64,000 bases of DNA from Octopus sinensis (GCF_006345805.1 NC_043011.1:40436464-40500463), one strand, 5' to 3'. Shown: positions 40,401 through 55,374, numbered from the stretch's first letter. Notes: a model not told the origin generated them from the sequence alone. Numbers and translations are program-made.

Positions 40401-41136
40401 GTGCCTAATTTTCAAACCATGGATAATAAAGATACTAAATATGGTTGAGAAAATTTGGGGGTCTGCTGATGGATGCTGCGTAAGTGATGTACTATTGTTG
40501 GTTTCGGCTGGAAACTTATTTACCGAATTTTACTGCGCTTTGATTAATCTACATGAGATTTGTATTGCTGATACATACACTAATTGCTAATTGGTAGTCA
40601 TGAAATTCGGTTAAGAAAAATGCATTAAAGTAAAAAAGCCAAAACAAAAATAAACAGTGATATCTTAGGTAAAAAACAAACAAACAGTCAATTGTAATTG
40701 AATTGGACTAATAACTCTTGCAAATACATCAGAATCAAAGAACCAGACAGTGGACGACACACACAGACGAAAGAAAAGATTAGGATGTAATATTAGAGAC
40801 GCATTAAATTAATACTTTAAGCAGATGTAAATGCTATAAATGAGACAAAGATATCACTACGATAAGCTATTCCAGGAAAAAAGTTTTTAAGTTATAATAT
40901 TATCAAGTGAAAACTAAATGAATTAGCAAGACTAGACGAAAAAAAGAAGATGGTGATTGCATTTGAAATATTAAAAGCCGACAAATATATTATATTTACT
41001 ACAACTACAGAGAAGTTATTGTTGTGGTTCTAAAATAGAAAAGAAAAACATCAAGTACTCCACCACATATTAGTGAAATAATTTGCTTATACATCAATCT
41101 TTATTAGTGAGAAGACAGAGTTCGCGTTCACATGAT

Positions 41137-41445
41137 TAAGTGATTGTCTGTCGGTTACGACGACAAGGGTTCCAGTCGATCAAATTAACCAAACGGCCTG
41201 TTCGTCTGAGCATTCTACAGACACGCATACCACTAACGAAAGTCTCATTGGTATTTAGTAGACAGAGACTGTGACAAGACAGGCCCTTTGAAAAACAGGC
41301 ACTATTCATTTTTGCCAGCTGAGTGGACTGGAGTAACGTGAAATAAAATGTCTTGTTCAAAGGCATAACGCGCCGCCAGGAATCGAACTCACAACGTTAC
41401 GATCGTGAGCCGAATACCCTAGCCACTAAGCCACGCACCTTCACT
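41137..41445 (-). mobile_element. tRNA-derived SINE (family A-like head, different tail)
   Basis: GGCTTAGTGGCTAGGG A box, GAGTTCGATTCC B box, TTGAACAAGACATTT centre. Confidence 0.75.
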
Positions 41446-42634
41446 CTTCACTTTTCTTCACAAAGGTGTTGGAAAAGTTTAAAGTATTTAAAGCCATCAA
41501 CATTTTATAAAACATGGTAATTGTCTCGACCTTACTTTAATCCTATTGAAGTTAGTATGCAGTGTGTCAGACGAAATATCACTAGGTGTTGTTTCTGTCA
41601 CTGTAATGGTCCTGATTCTGCCAATTCACAGTCCTCGTTGTTTATAGTTTAGCCACAGACTCCCATTATCATGGCGGTCATTAGGACCTGCATGATAATG
41701 TACACTCCGTCCGTCCACATGTTGCAGGTCACCTCCATGTTCAAGCATATGTCAATAATGTTGAGCAAAGGTAATCAAAAGCTAGTGGCCGACATCCGTG
41801 TCATTGTCCTGACGCCTTGATCACCATGTTCCTGAGACCTATGTAATGTGGCACGTAACTGTGCTCAGGTGTGTTTAGCAAAGGGACCAAAGCCCAAGAG
41901 TCAACGTCTGTGCCAATAACTCTAGTCTATGGTCATATTCTTGTGACCTGCGTAATATGGCACCTGACAGTGGCCAGAAGTGTCTCACCAGCTCTAAACC
42001 TCATCTCTTCACCTCATCGTTAGCCTTACAACCTATGACCATGCTTCCAAACGGTCTGCTTCGCTCGGTAGAGCACACATGATATCATATATCGATGAAA
42101 GTTTATTTTAACACCTTTTCCAAGAAAACATGAAGGTTCCTCTTTTTAGCCCCACCCCTGAAGTATGCCACATTCCACGAGGCCCCTTCTTGGTAAAATT
42201 TGTCAGACAAAGAGGTCATTGTTCTTTCTAACATACCCGGCCACTTTCTACTTCCTTTCCTGAGCTGGTTCGAGTAGAGATTCACCTTAAAATGTCGTAC
42301 GGCTCTACTTTAGAAGTTACTGATATATTTTCCATTAAAGTAATTTTTGGCATCTCAACTACAGAGACTCAAGAGCTCCAAACTACTGAAGCGGTAAATT
42401 GCTTGAAGGAACTATTAGTGAGTGATAATCGAATTAGTGAAATTGGCCAAAAGTCTTTGAATGCAAAATGTTTCCTTTATTCGAATAAGCAAAAGTTATA
42501 AATGACAGAATTTTGACGTTGGTGTTGATGTCGTTGTTGTTGCAGTTAGCTGTCCATACTGCTTTTCTTATACAAGTCAATAGATTCAACATTAATCGTT
42601 TTTGAATCTTCTATTGAACAATTTTATAGCTCAT

Positions 42635-43400
42635 TCAGTTAGCGAATTTGCAGAGTCGTTAGAGAATGGGATCAAATATGTTTAAAATTTTATTCCGATT
42701 CCAAATCCTGCTAGGGCCACCTCTCTAGAGGTTGGCAACAAAACCTTCCCTTCAAAATTGTTAGCGTTGTGCTTTAACCAGAAACAATTAATTTCGCCTG
42801 ATTGGTAGACTCGTTATAGCGTCGAATATAATTACTATGCGATACTTTTTTCCGGCTTTTTACGCATTGAGTTCAAATACTACTGATATCATCGCCGCTT
42901 TTCATCCTTCTGGGGCCGATAAAAAAAGTAACTTCCGTCAATCATAGAACTCTTGAAAGAGCTGAGTTCAAATCTCGCAAAGGCCACCTTTGGCTTTCAT
43001 CTCTCTGGGGTCGATAAACTGAAGTGCCAGTCATGCACTGAGGTTGATGCTATCGATTAACTCTCAACGTTATTGGTTTTGTTTCTACAAAGGGCGGTGG
43101 GTTGGTAGGATTCGTAGAGCATCGGGAAATACTTTGCAGTATTCCTTTCGGATCTTAACGTTGTGAGTTCAAATATCACTGCAATCAACTTTGCTTTTTG
43201 TATCCATTCAAGGTTCGATAAAATTAGGTGCCAGGCAAACACTAGAATCAAGGATATCGATTGAAACCCGCTCCTTAGGGTTAAGGCTTTTTGCCTATGC
43301 TTCAGAGAGTTATATGTTCCGTCTTTCCGGAGATTTCATTCAACTCTCAGCGAAGTCAACTATTTTTTTCGTTCATTAAGCGGTCGATAAATTCTCTGCC
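42635..43400 (+). mobile_element. several old family-B SINE remnants
   Basis: Repeated GAGTTCAAAT...TTTCATCC...GTCGATAAA. Confidence 0.5.
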
Positions 43401-43525
43401 ACAAACTAGGAACAATTCTTTCTTCCGTTCATTTGTTTGCTTGTTTGTTTGTTTCTTTCTTTTTCTTCCACGGAGCTACGTTTGAATATGTCTGATCGAA
43501 AGAATCCTAAATTTGTTTCCGAAGC

Positions 43526-43612
<87 letters not shown>

Positions 43613-43630
43613 TATAATTATTATAATTAT
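43526..43630. repeat. (CAT)n microsatellite
   Basis: Direct reading. Confidence 0.95.
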
Positions 43631-43632
43631 AA

Positions 43633-44010
43633 AGGCGGTGAGCTGGCAGAAACGTTAGCACGCTGGGCGAAATGCGTAGCCGTATTTCGTCTGCCGCTAC
43701 GTTCTGAGTTCAAATTCCGCCGAGGTCGACTTTGCCTTTCATCCTTTCGGGGTCGATAAATTAAGTACTAGTTACGCACTGGAGTCGATATAATCGACTT
43801 AATCCGTTTGTCTGTCCTCGTTTGTCCTCTCTGTGTTTAGCCCCTTGTGGGTAGTAAAGAAATACGTATTTCGTCTGCCGCTACTTTCAAAGTCAACTTT
43901 CCTTTCATCCTTTCAGGGTCGACAAAATAAGTACCAGTTGTACACTGGGGTCGATGTAATCGACTTAACCCCTCCCCCAAAATTGCTGCAATTGTGGCAA
44001 AATTTGAAAC
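43633..44010 (+). mobile_element. nested family-B SINE pair, followed by (TTA)n and a further copy at ~44198-44380
   Basis: Junction AAAGAAATACGTATTTCGTC. Confidence 0.8.
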
Positions 44011-44024
44011 TATTATTATTATTA

Positions 44025-44063
<39 letters not shown>

Positions 44064-44073
44064 CATTATTATC

Positions 44074-44126
<53 letters not shown>

Positions 44127-44738
44127 CGTTATTATTATTATTATTATTATTAGTAGTAGTAGTAGCAGTAGTAGTAGTAGTGGTAGTAGTATTGTTAAGG
44201 CAGTGGGTTGGTAAAATTGCTACCGGGTCAGACAAAATACTTACCGGTATTTCGTCTGCCGCTACGTTCTGAGTTCAAATTCCGCCGAGGTCGACGTCAC
44301 CTTTCATCTCTTCACGGATCCATAAGGCAAGTAAGTACAGTTGCGTACTGAGGTCGTTCATTGTGCCAAAATATGAAACTGTTATGAATAACAATGAGAA
44401 TAAACCCCTATATATCTTTTCCAAACTGAAATACAATATGCATAAACAGTAAAAAAAACAACAACCTAAAAGTCAAAACAAAAACAACACTATCAAACTA
44501 CTAATATCTAGAAAGGGAAATAAAGAGAGTCAGGTGTGATGGTGGCGGCGATGGGGTGGGGTGGGGGTTGGTTGGATATTTCGGATGTTACCGATTAAAT
44601 ATCACCAGCCATATCTAATGGACTACTTGAAATAACTTGATGGAAATACTTGCTTAATGCGTTATTGTAGTCGGGATTTTAGTAAAGCATGCTTCAGCGA
44701 TGAAGAGCTGTTTCTCTTTTATACACACTTCGGTGGAT

Positions 44739-44800
<62 letters not shown>

Positions 44801-44984
44801 TATATATATATATATATACATGCATATATATATATATCTGCTATATATACTAATATATATATATACATATATTATACATACACACAAACCTGTGCACACA
44901 CACATACACACGCACATATGCATATATAACCCCCAAATATTAGACAGACAGGATATATAGAGATAAGATAAATATAGGTATATA

Positions 44985-45084
44985 NNNNNNNNNNNNNNNN
45001 NNNNNNNNNNNNNNNNNNNNNNNNNNNNNNNNNNNNNNNNNNNNNNNNNNNNNNNNNNNNNNNNNNNNNNNNNNNNNNNNNNNN
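44985..45084. other. assembly gap (100 N)
   Basis: Run of N. Confidence 1.
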
Positions 45085-45125
45085 CTGTCTGTGTGCAGCC
45101 CTGTGTGGCTAATAAAGAACATATC

Positions 45126-45173
<48 letters not shown>

Positions 45174-45459
45174 CTATCTCTCTATCTATGTGTGTATGTA
45201 CAAGAATGCAGTATTATACACCCATTATGACTGGTCTTATCAACCAGTTTCCCGCAGGATGCTTGCTCTGACGTGTATTTACTTAAACCTGTTATCCGGT
45301 TTAGCATGCATTACGAAACCGATTGGGAATATCACCCGTAATGAATATATATTTACTATATACTTCGATTAATATATCCACTCTATTCACAAATATAGCA
45401 ACTACATGTTGTTTTTCTGACTGATGAATCCATAGAAGAATATGTGTGTGTGTGTGTGT

Positions 45460-45516
<57 letters not shown>

Positions 45517-46353
45517 TGTGTGTGTGTGTTTCAGACTCCGAGGAAATACGATTTACCGTCACATACATCAATCCTATCAAACTTTAATTCATTGCGGAAT
45601 TCTCTTGAAGATTTAATGTCCTTACGAATATTAGCTCCCTAATCAAATACATAATGAAAGGGATTTTATTGTAAATTTTTGCAATATCCGAATTTTTCTT
45701 GCTTTTTTCTTAAATATGCTAAAGCAATATTAGCACATTCTACGTTATTATCAGCAGTAAAATTAAAGAGAATCGGTATAACATGTTTATATATTGGAAT
45801 AGTAAGTTATTGAAGTGATGTGTTTACGTGATGGAAGATGACTGGTAAATGTGAGTCTACAGGGAGGGATACAGCTATGAATACGGGATTATAGGAATAT
45901 AGCAAACTATACACAAACGTACATATCTATTCTTTTACACCAACTCTTAAATATATACTTCTCTGTCTATAAGTTACTCTCTCTCTTTCTCCCTCTTTCT
46001 ATCTCTCTCTTTCACTCTTTCTCCCTCTCTCTCAATTATATATATAACTATATAGATATATATGTATGTATGTATACATATATATGTTTACACATATAGA
46101 CATATATATTTATTATATCATGTATATTGTATATATTATATATCATATATATGTATATACATGTAGATATATATATGTGTACATGCATATATATATACAC
46201 ACATACATGTATACTATATACATATAATATGCACACATATATATAATAATATATACATACATGTATATATATATATATATATAATATAATATATATACAT
46301 ATATATATACATATATATGCATATATGTATATAAACATATAATACAGACATGC

Positions 46354-46401
<48 letters not shown>

Positions 46402-46409
46402 CATACATA

Positions 46410-46803
46410 GGCGCAGGCATGGCTGTGTGGTAAAAGCTTTTTTTCCCACCCACATAGTTCCGGGTTCAGACCCACTGCGTAGCACCTTGTGCAAGTGTCT
46501 TCTACTATAGCCTCGGGCAGATCCAAACCTTGTGAGTGGATATGGTTGACTGAAACTGAAAGAAGTCGTATATACACACACACATGCACACATATATATT
46601 TGTATGTGTTTGTGTGTGCTTTCCCACCATTGCTTGATAATTGATGTCGGTGTGTTTATGTCCCCGTCACTTTGCGGTCCGGCAAAAGAACCCGATAGAA
46701 TAAGTATAAGGCTTACAAAGAATAAGTTCTGGAGGTCAATGTGCTCGACTAAAGGCGGTACTCCAGCATGGTCGCAGTCAAGTGACCGAAACAAGTAAAA
46801 GAA
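46410..46803 (+). mobile_element. SINE family C (opposite partial copy at 46960-47160)
   Basis: GGCGCAGGCATGGCTGTGTGGTAA head, CACCTTGTGCAAGTGTC centre. Confidence 0.8.
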
Positions 46804-47191
46804 AAATGTATAAAAGAATACAAAGCAAACATTAATATTGTATATACATGTGTGTGTGTGTGTATGCATGAATGTATATGTATATATATACATACATATA
46901 TATATATATTATATATATATGTGTGTATATATAATAGATAAATATAGATATATTTTGATTCCTACTTGTTTAATTCATTTCAATGCGGCCATGCCGGAGC
47001 ACTGGCTTAAAGTGTTATTAGTCGAGGAAGTTCACACCATGACTTATTCTTTGTAAGCTGGGTACTTATTCTATCGAAGTCTTTTGACGAACCGCTAATG
47101 TTACAGGGATTTAAACACACCAACATCCGTTGTCAAACGATTGTGAATGCACAAACACACAAAAACATATGTATATATGTATATAAAACAC

Positions 47192-47730
47192 AATAAATAA
47201 TATTAAGGGTAATAAGAATTATAGAAATTATTATTACCAGTGGCCTAGCACAAAAAAATTAGTCAATAGATTATATATTATTCGCATAAAAATATCGTAT
47301 ACATTAAAACACATTAAGAGGCTTCCAAATAGGAAAGCTTTGTGCTAGAAGGAGCAGTAGAAAACTCAAACCACTAATTAGGGATAAATTCTCGAAAAGA
47401 ATAAAAATCGAAAACGTTTACCATCTAATTTAGTTCCTAGACCATGGTTTCCGACTAATTCCAGTAAAAAAATATTTACTGAGGCCAGCTTCGTCAGTAG
47501 GGAGCCTTTAGATTTCAAATATACACACAACTAGATTCACATGTAAACTAGCTGCCTGTATATCTTAACTTTTCAAAACCACTGCGCAGATGCAGTTTAT
47601 TTCCGGCGACAGAGGGGATGTACACGATATTTTTATGTGAATAATATATAGTCTATTGACTAATTTTTGTTGTGCTAGGCCACTGGTAATAATAATTTCT
47701 ATAATTCTTATTACCCTAATATTATTTATT
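47192..47730. mobile_element. fold-back element with ~90-bp inverted ends and an internal hammerhead; related to the array 1 unit
   Basis: 47192-47283 mirrors 47637-47730; TAAGGGT...ACCAGTGGCCTAG shared with array 1. Confidence 0.8.
47435..47502 (-). ncRNA. type I hammerhead, stem II base degenerate
   Basis: CCTA-CTGACGA-[..TCAGTAAA/TTTACTGG..]-GAAAC-CATG-GTC^TAGG. Confidence 0.75.
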
Positions 47731-47777
47731 ATGTTTAAATATTTTTTGATAAATTTGTTCGAAATTTTACCAGCATG

Positions 47778-47839
<62 letters not shown>

Positions 47840-47903
47840 TCTATTTATCTATCTCTATCTGTCTGTCTGTCTATCTCTCTCTTACTCCCTCTCTTTCTCT
47901 CTA

Positions 47904-47979
<76 letters not shown>

Positions 47980-48043
47980 CCTACCTACCTACCTACCTAC
48001 ATATCTACCTACCTACCTACCTAACTACCTACCTACCTATCTC

Positions 48044-48086
<43 letters not shown>

Positions 48087-48412
48087 GTATATATGTGTGC
48101 GTCTGTGTGTGTTTGGGTGTACATACACATACTGTGTGTGTGTCTGTACATGTATATACCATGTGTATGTGTGTGTGTATGAGTGTGTACATGCATATAC
48201 TATGTATATATATATGTGTGTGTGTGTGTATGAGTGTGTATATAGATATAATACGTGTTTGTGTAAAGGTAAGGATATTTAATTAATAGATATTGGAAAT
48301 GAATTTATGAAGTGAAACAATATTTGAAGATCAAACGATCAAGCATGCCGCGTATGTAGTAGTAGTGGTAGTAGTAGTAGTATTAGTATTAGTAGTAGTA
48401 GTGGTAGTTGTG

Positions 48413-48453
<41 letters not shown>

Positions 48454-48636
48454 TATTGTTGTTGTTGTTCTTGTAGTATCGTGGCGAAGAAAACTCACCC
48501 GATATTGATTTTAATACATATGAAAAATAATAGTTTATGTAATCAAATCTCGGTGCAAATAAACGGAAATCATAGAAAAATTGTTGTTTCGTATGAATTT
48601 TCTGCGGTTTTAAATATCTGTGAGTATAGGTATATA

Positions 48637-49344
48637 TTGGGTTGGCAACTAAGTTCCCGCCGTTTTTTAAAATTTTGGAATCTAAGAATCTAAGAATACA
48701 TTATTGATTGACTAATTAATCAATAATGTATTCACGTTTGTTGTTTACAACTTCTTTCCAACGTTCAACTAGATTTTCAATACTTCGTTGGTAGAAATCA
48801 CCCGATTTCACCGCGAAAAATTGATCCAACCAAGCTCTCAATTCTGCACCAGTATTGAACGAAACTCCGCGCATAGCATTGCTTGTGTCCATGAGTTGAG
48901 CAGTGACGAGCAAGCAAACCAGCGGAGATTGTGGCTCGATGATTTTTGTTGTCGTGACTTAAAGCATGCGGAACCCATGCTCCATATTTCTGAACCTTTC
49001 CCATCGAGGTGCGTCTTTGAGGTCAAAATTTCCATTTTTGAACTTAGCATACCAATCACGATCGGTTCTTTCAGCTATGGCACCCTCTCCATACACAACA
49101 GAAATGTTGCGAGCAGCTTTTGCAGCCTTAGAACCTTGATTAAAAGCAAAAAGGAGGTGTCGAAAATGCTCATTTTTCTTAACTGGATATTCCATTTTAA
49201 TGATCTGAAAATAAAAGAAAATTAACTAAAATTAACTAGAAGAAAAAACAAAATAGATTCCAAAATAATTCAAAAATAGAATTCTCGAAAAAAAAAAAGA
49301 TTCCAAAATTTAAAAACACGGCGGGCACCTTATTGCAAACCCAA
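48637..49344 (-). mobile_element. internally deleted mariner (mellifera-like)
   Basis: TIRs TTGGGTT(G/T)GCAA..AGG/AAGT.CCCGCCG in TA context; NEHFRHLL...KFKNGNFDL.D.PR, WVPHAL, IENLVERW. Confidence 0.9.
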
Positions 49345-49428
49345 ATATATAATGTATTATATTTATGTATGTATGTGTATATATATATATATATATATTT
49401 ACACACACACACATACATACATACATAC

Positions 49429-49487
<59 letters not shown>

Positions 49488-49606
49488 CGTTTGACTTTAT
49501 ATATATATATATATATATACACATAGATACATACATATATACACACACATATATATATATATATATTATATATATACATATACATATCTATATATACATA
49601 TATATA

Positions 49607-49644
<38 letters not shown>

Positions 49645-49669
49645 ATTATATATGCAAAACTATTGTGTA

Positions 49670-49735
<66 letters not shown>

Positions 49736-49741
49736 TATATA

Positions 49742-49894
49742 TTGGGTTTGCAACTAGGTGCCCGCCGTGTTTTTAAATTTTGGAATCTTTTTGTTTTTTT
49801 TTCGAGAATTCTATTTTTGAATTATTTTGGAATCTATTTTGTTTTTTCTTCTAGTTAATTTTAGTTAATTTTCTTTCATTTTCAGATTATTAAA
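49742..49894 (+). mobile_element. second copy of the same mariner 5' end, inverted
   Basis: Near-exact reverse complement of 49197-49344. Confidence 0.85.
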
Positions 49895-50872
49895 TTCAAC
49901 CCGTTTAATTAACTGAAATATCCGTGTTAAACAGGGGAGCAATAATAAATGATAAACTTTTTAAAAAAAAATATACTTAATATCATCTCATAAATAAAGT
50001 GTTAAAAAAGAGGCAAATAAATAAATGTTGTTTTGCAATAAAATATTATTGTTGCTGTTATGAATTGAAAATTGTTTCAATGGTTAGGAAATCCTTGTAA
50101 AGAAATTGGTTCTTTTACGTTTGATAATCATTTGAAAACCAACTCTAATATTTCCTCTTTCTATGAACCTGTTCAGTTTCATATTGAAATATATGAAGCC
50201 ATAACAATTTATGACTCCTCTCTCGAGCATCATAAATATGAATCCACATGACCTGTACATAATACTATATCATTTGGCCTGTGTACATCCCATGAAATGT
50301 TTTTTTATTTGCATTGTTCAATAACTAATAAGTTTTATGCGGTAATCAATCCGGTTGAGATAATGGGGGTTAATTATTGATAGCGTATTGCTTTTCTGCC
50401 ATATTTTTCCATCCTTAACAGATAATGTCTTTACTGTATCATTCAAATTAGGATAAATCTAACGTGAAGGAGGGAAACAGAGAAATGATGGTGCTGATGG
50501 GATTGTCATTAAAACTTTATTGTTGCCATTGTTTTTCTTTTACTCTTTGTCAATCCAGATCGAATAGATTTTATGACGCAAGTTATTTCCAGCAGCGATC
50601 ATAAGGTATGTGTTGTTTTTTTTTTTTCCTACGTGAAGATGACTCTGAACTACATTATGCAACAAGTCCTCTTCTAAGTCGACTAAATTGCAGATTTAGT
50701 TACTGCTTGTGACAGATTGTGAATAACTTGATCACAGGTCAATTATCTCGGGATTGATACTGAATAAAACAACTAAATCAAGAAACACGCACACACGCAC
50801 ACATACACATACATACATAATACATAATACATATATATATATATATATATATATACCTACATATGCATACAA

Positions 50873-50911
<39 letters not shown>

Positions 50912-51628
50912 CAAACATACATGTATACGTACATGCATATGTATATATACATATATACACATATATACAAAGTTATATATATGTATATGCATATATGCGT
51001 ATATATCATTTATATTTGTGAGTTTATATGTATTTACATGAATATGTATGTAAATATATCGAATAGCCCTGTGTACATCTATATGTCATCACACAAAATT
51101 CCACACACAAACACGCATCCCCAAGCACACACACACACACACACACACACGCATATTTGCTAGTGAACCCGTGCTGTGAATATAAATATCTGATTCTGAA
51201 GTTAAAATCAGAAACGATTACTCACGTCACGGGAACACTAATGTCGTCAAATATAGTTTTCTTTATTAAATGCAATGAAAAGGCTAATAAAGTGAAGTAG
51301 AGGAAGCCAACGTAATTTCTATTTATGTTTTTGTATACTTGGCAGTGAACAATCTTGCAAAAAAAAAAATGACCCTCACCACTCATAAACAAACAACACC
51401 AAAAAATAAACAAAAACCTCTTTCGGTTCAATATCTTTCTTACAGTTTTACACAAACTGAAAACTTACCGATTCTTTTTGGATTCGCACCTCTTACATTG
51501 GTTATCCCCATAAAAGTCTTCAATTTGGCTTTCACGAGAGTCATTGGGTTTCCAATGCTCTTTTATTACATCTGCACTTGAGAAGCTCTGTAATATCTTT
51601 ATCCATTAGGTTATTTTATGATATAGTA

Positions 51629-52200
51629 TGAAGGCACATGGCTCAGTGGTTACAGCTTCAGGCTCGCAATCATGAGGTAATGAGTTCCTGGACTGGGCTG
51701 TGTGTTGTGTTCTTGAGCAAGGCACTTATTTCTCGTGGCTTCATTTCACTCAGCTCTAGAAATGAGTTGCAACTGGGGTCAAGCTGTATCGGCCTTCGCT
51801 TTTCCCTTAGATGACATTGGTGGTGTGGATATGGAAGGCTGGTATTCATGGGTGAAATTAGGGCGGCGAGCTGGCAGAAACGTTAGCACGCCGGGCGAAA
51901 TGCTTAGCGGTATTTCGTCTGCGTTACGTTGTGAGTTCAAATTCCGCCGAGGTCGACTTTGCCTTTCATCCTTTCGGGGTCGATAAATTAAGTACCAGTT
52001 ACGCACTGGGGTCGATATAATCGACTTAATACCTATGTCTGTCCTTGTTTGTCCCCTCTGTGTTTAGCCCCTTGTGGGTAATAAAGAAATAGGTATTCAT
52101 GGGTGACGGCTGGTCTTATATAAACAACGTTGCTCGGACTCGTGCTTCGGAAGGGAACTTTCTAGGTATAATCCCATGATCATTCCTGACCGAAGGGTTT
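51629..52200 (+). mobile_element. SINE family A carrying a full family-B SINE (51856-52091) with a 15-bp TSD
   Basis: GGTATTCATGGGTGA at 51841-51855 and 52092-52106. Confidence 0.88.
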
Positions 52201-52995
52201 TTTTTACCTTTACCTATGATATAATATTTTGAGAGAAGTTTTACCCTTTCAAAGAAAAGTAATCAAATGCTTCAGAGAAATGTGAAACTCGGCATAACAT
52301 TCTAGGGATTTGGTCTACTTATAACAAATTCTTGGAACTTTGTGATCATTCACTTCTATCTGAAAAGGGATAATTAAAGATTTTTCACATTTTCTAATTA
52401 TTAGTCCACTATGCTTTCTTTGGAACAATAACTTTTTAATCCAGCTGAATGAAGTTTCTGTCTGATTTTCATTTCAAGCTGTAGTATCGGTGTGTAGTCA
52501 TGAAATCTACTAGGATTTACAGTGATATAATTTTTTAAACAAGTGTTGACAATTTTAGGAGTTATAAAAATATTTTCAAGAGTAGGACTGCAGGTCTTCT
52601 CGCCGTTGCAAAACTTTCATTTGAAAATAAGATTTTGCAGGTTTTGTAACATCAACTTAAAGGATTTAAGAATTTAGGACATATAAAGAAAAAGGGAAAT
52701 ACTTAAATAATTCTTCTTTTTTAAACATAACATGTTTGAAAGAAAATTTACCCCCCTTCCACACGTGTATGAATTCGTTTTGAGATTCGACTAGGAATTT
52801 AAATTTTGCTCAAGGTTCATTGAATAAGCTATGAAGCGGTAAAGGCGAATTTGTATTAAAAATGACTCTGCTTTTAGTACGCAGTCATCTCGTCAGCATA
52901 TGTTTCGTTAAAATTGCTTTAAAATAGAGTCCTAAGCATATATATATATATATATTATATAATATATATATATATATATATTATATAATATATAT

Positions 52996-53029
<34 letters not shown>

Positions 53030-53848
53030 GGTATATATATATAGGTGTATATATACATGTGTGTGCACAGTGATATAGATATGGAAGATCCAGAAGGTTT
53101 AGTTTCCAACTTAGGAATCGAAAGCTATACCAACCACCGAACTGGGCGACACGGTATAGTACTAAAGATTTCGACTTTTGATATTTTCTACCATTTAGAA
53201 AATTGTGTGCTTAAAATTATTCTTTACATTTTTGTCTCTATGTATGTATGTATGTATGTATGTATGTATGTATGTATGTATGCATGTATGTATGCATGTA
53301 TGAATGTGTGTGTGTGTGTGTAGTTTATGGTTGACATCTGATTTATAAATACAATGGCTGTCGCTCAGAAATTTTATCAATAAATTTAATTGTTAACTAT
53401 GAAAGGATAACAAAATACGCTTTATTTCTTTACGGATAGAAATGTTGTTTATTTATTCATTTCAAAATATAGTTTGATAAATGCTATTTGCATATTCAGT
53501 TCGTTGGATACCAATTATGATAGAAAAAATATGGCTTCATAAATTGATTCAAGCCAGTCATTCGAATATTACAAATATTGCATTGTGGAGATTTAATTTG
53601 CAAAAGGTTGAGTTGTATAAATATTCAACTGATTTCTATAATTATCGTTAGCAATATTTGTAATTTATATAAAAATTAATCATTGAATTATAATTGAAAG
53701 CAATTCATTAAACAAATAATAATTACGGAGTTATCCATATTTGGTTTATCACTTGAAAAAATATTTAAATATTTTCATTATTAATAGTTTTGTTCCCTAA
53801 TGTCCTTGGTTGATCATTGTGGTTATGTAAACTAATCGGGTACCTCAA

Positions 53849-54065
53849 AATTGGTTTCAAATTTTGGCACAAAGCCGGCAATTTCGGGGAGAGGTAAGTC
53901 GATTAGATTGATTCCAGGTCTTAATTGATACTTATTTTATCGATCTCGAAAGGATGAAAATGAAAGTTGACCTCGGCGGAATTTAAACTCAGAATGTAAA
54001 GACGGACGATATGCTGCTAAATATTTTCCCCGGTGTATTAAATATTCTGACTGCTCACCAACTTC
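53849..54065 (-). mobile_element. SINE family B, diverged
   Basis: Homology to 1470-1690. Confidence 0.65.
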
Positions 54066-55374
54066 GGTTACCACTACATTAAAAGAAAAAAAATGAGTTA
54101 ACAGAAATAAGTAACTAGTATATGTATGTATTTGAATAACATAGAAAAATAAAAGTATGTCAAATAACATACAATATAAATTCTTGATTTATTAAAACGA
54201 TCTCTGCCTCTAGAGATGTGTCATAATTGTCAAATGGCAATTAAGACCGGTTTCATTTGAAAATGGGGTATAATCTCAAGAGTCAAGAGCTCTATAAAAC
54301 TGATGTGCCATTAAGGAAAAGAACATATTTTCCTATTGTCTGGAAATAATAGAATAATCGTGGAGATGCGTTCCTAGATTAATAACCGTCATCAGCATAA
54401 CAATTTCTAACCTTATCCAAAGTGGCCAAAGGTCATAGATTTATAAAAGAAAAAGAGGAGAAAATATTTATGAACTAGTAATTTGCATAATTTAATGAAA
54501 AATGAACTCGCAGCCTTCAAGCAAAACGAAGGAATATAAGATAAAGCGGAATCCAAACAGACAAGTGACGATCTACTTCGACAAGACTAGTATAATTTGG
54601 AAATAGCAACAGAAAGAGTATAAGGAAATTGTCGTGGAATGGGTGAAATATATAACGTTTCGGACGCAATCGTTTCTTCAGAGGAAAGCTGTCTTGCTTT
54701 TATTTCCTTTCTATTTACTTTATTCTCAAGAAGCATGTTCGAAATATTGGCTATTCCACTTCAACAGAGATTTCTCTGTACTTTTTCTATCGTCTGTTCG
54801 AAATTAACGCATATTACCATCGTAAGCTATAACATTACCAGACACTTCTTAAGACGAAAACTTCTATTTTAGATATCAAAATATAATAAGATAAAAAAAA
54901 AACCCATAAATTAAAAGGAAACTACAAAAGACTTGAAACATAAAATACTTTAGGAAGTAACAATATAGCAATACTCTAAATGTGTGATTGCCATATGTTC
55001 ACAGTAGTACGTGATAAAAAAAAAATGCAATAAAAATTGTAGTCTAAAACTTTTATCGCAACGTCATTCACTAATTTTTATATTTTGTAAATGTAGACGT
55101 TTTGCGTTAAATTATAATTCTTCTCCAGACTTTTTGCTGCCGGTTATGCGTCATCAGTCGATTAGTTGTCTTCACGTTGAAGTGACACAGAAAATATATC
55201 GACAGAAAATATACAAAGAGGTAAAAAAAAAATATTTCACTAAAAATGTAAATATAGTACCAACAATCACTGGGAACTAAAATCGTAATTGAATTTATTT
55301 GTTGTAATAATTATCAAATTTCTATAATCTGGTTTTAAAATGTTGTGTTGCATTACAACTATGTTCCATAGCCT

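Noticed and set aside
39880-40600. Higher-complexity stretch that might be an exon or transposase remnant
   Set aside because: No sustained frame or motif I can identify.
41650-42290. GC-richer segment with an imperfect ~110-bp internal repeat
   Set aside because: Could not assign; no open frame.
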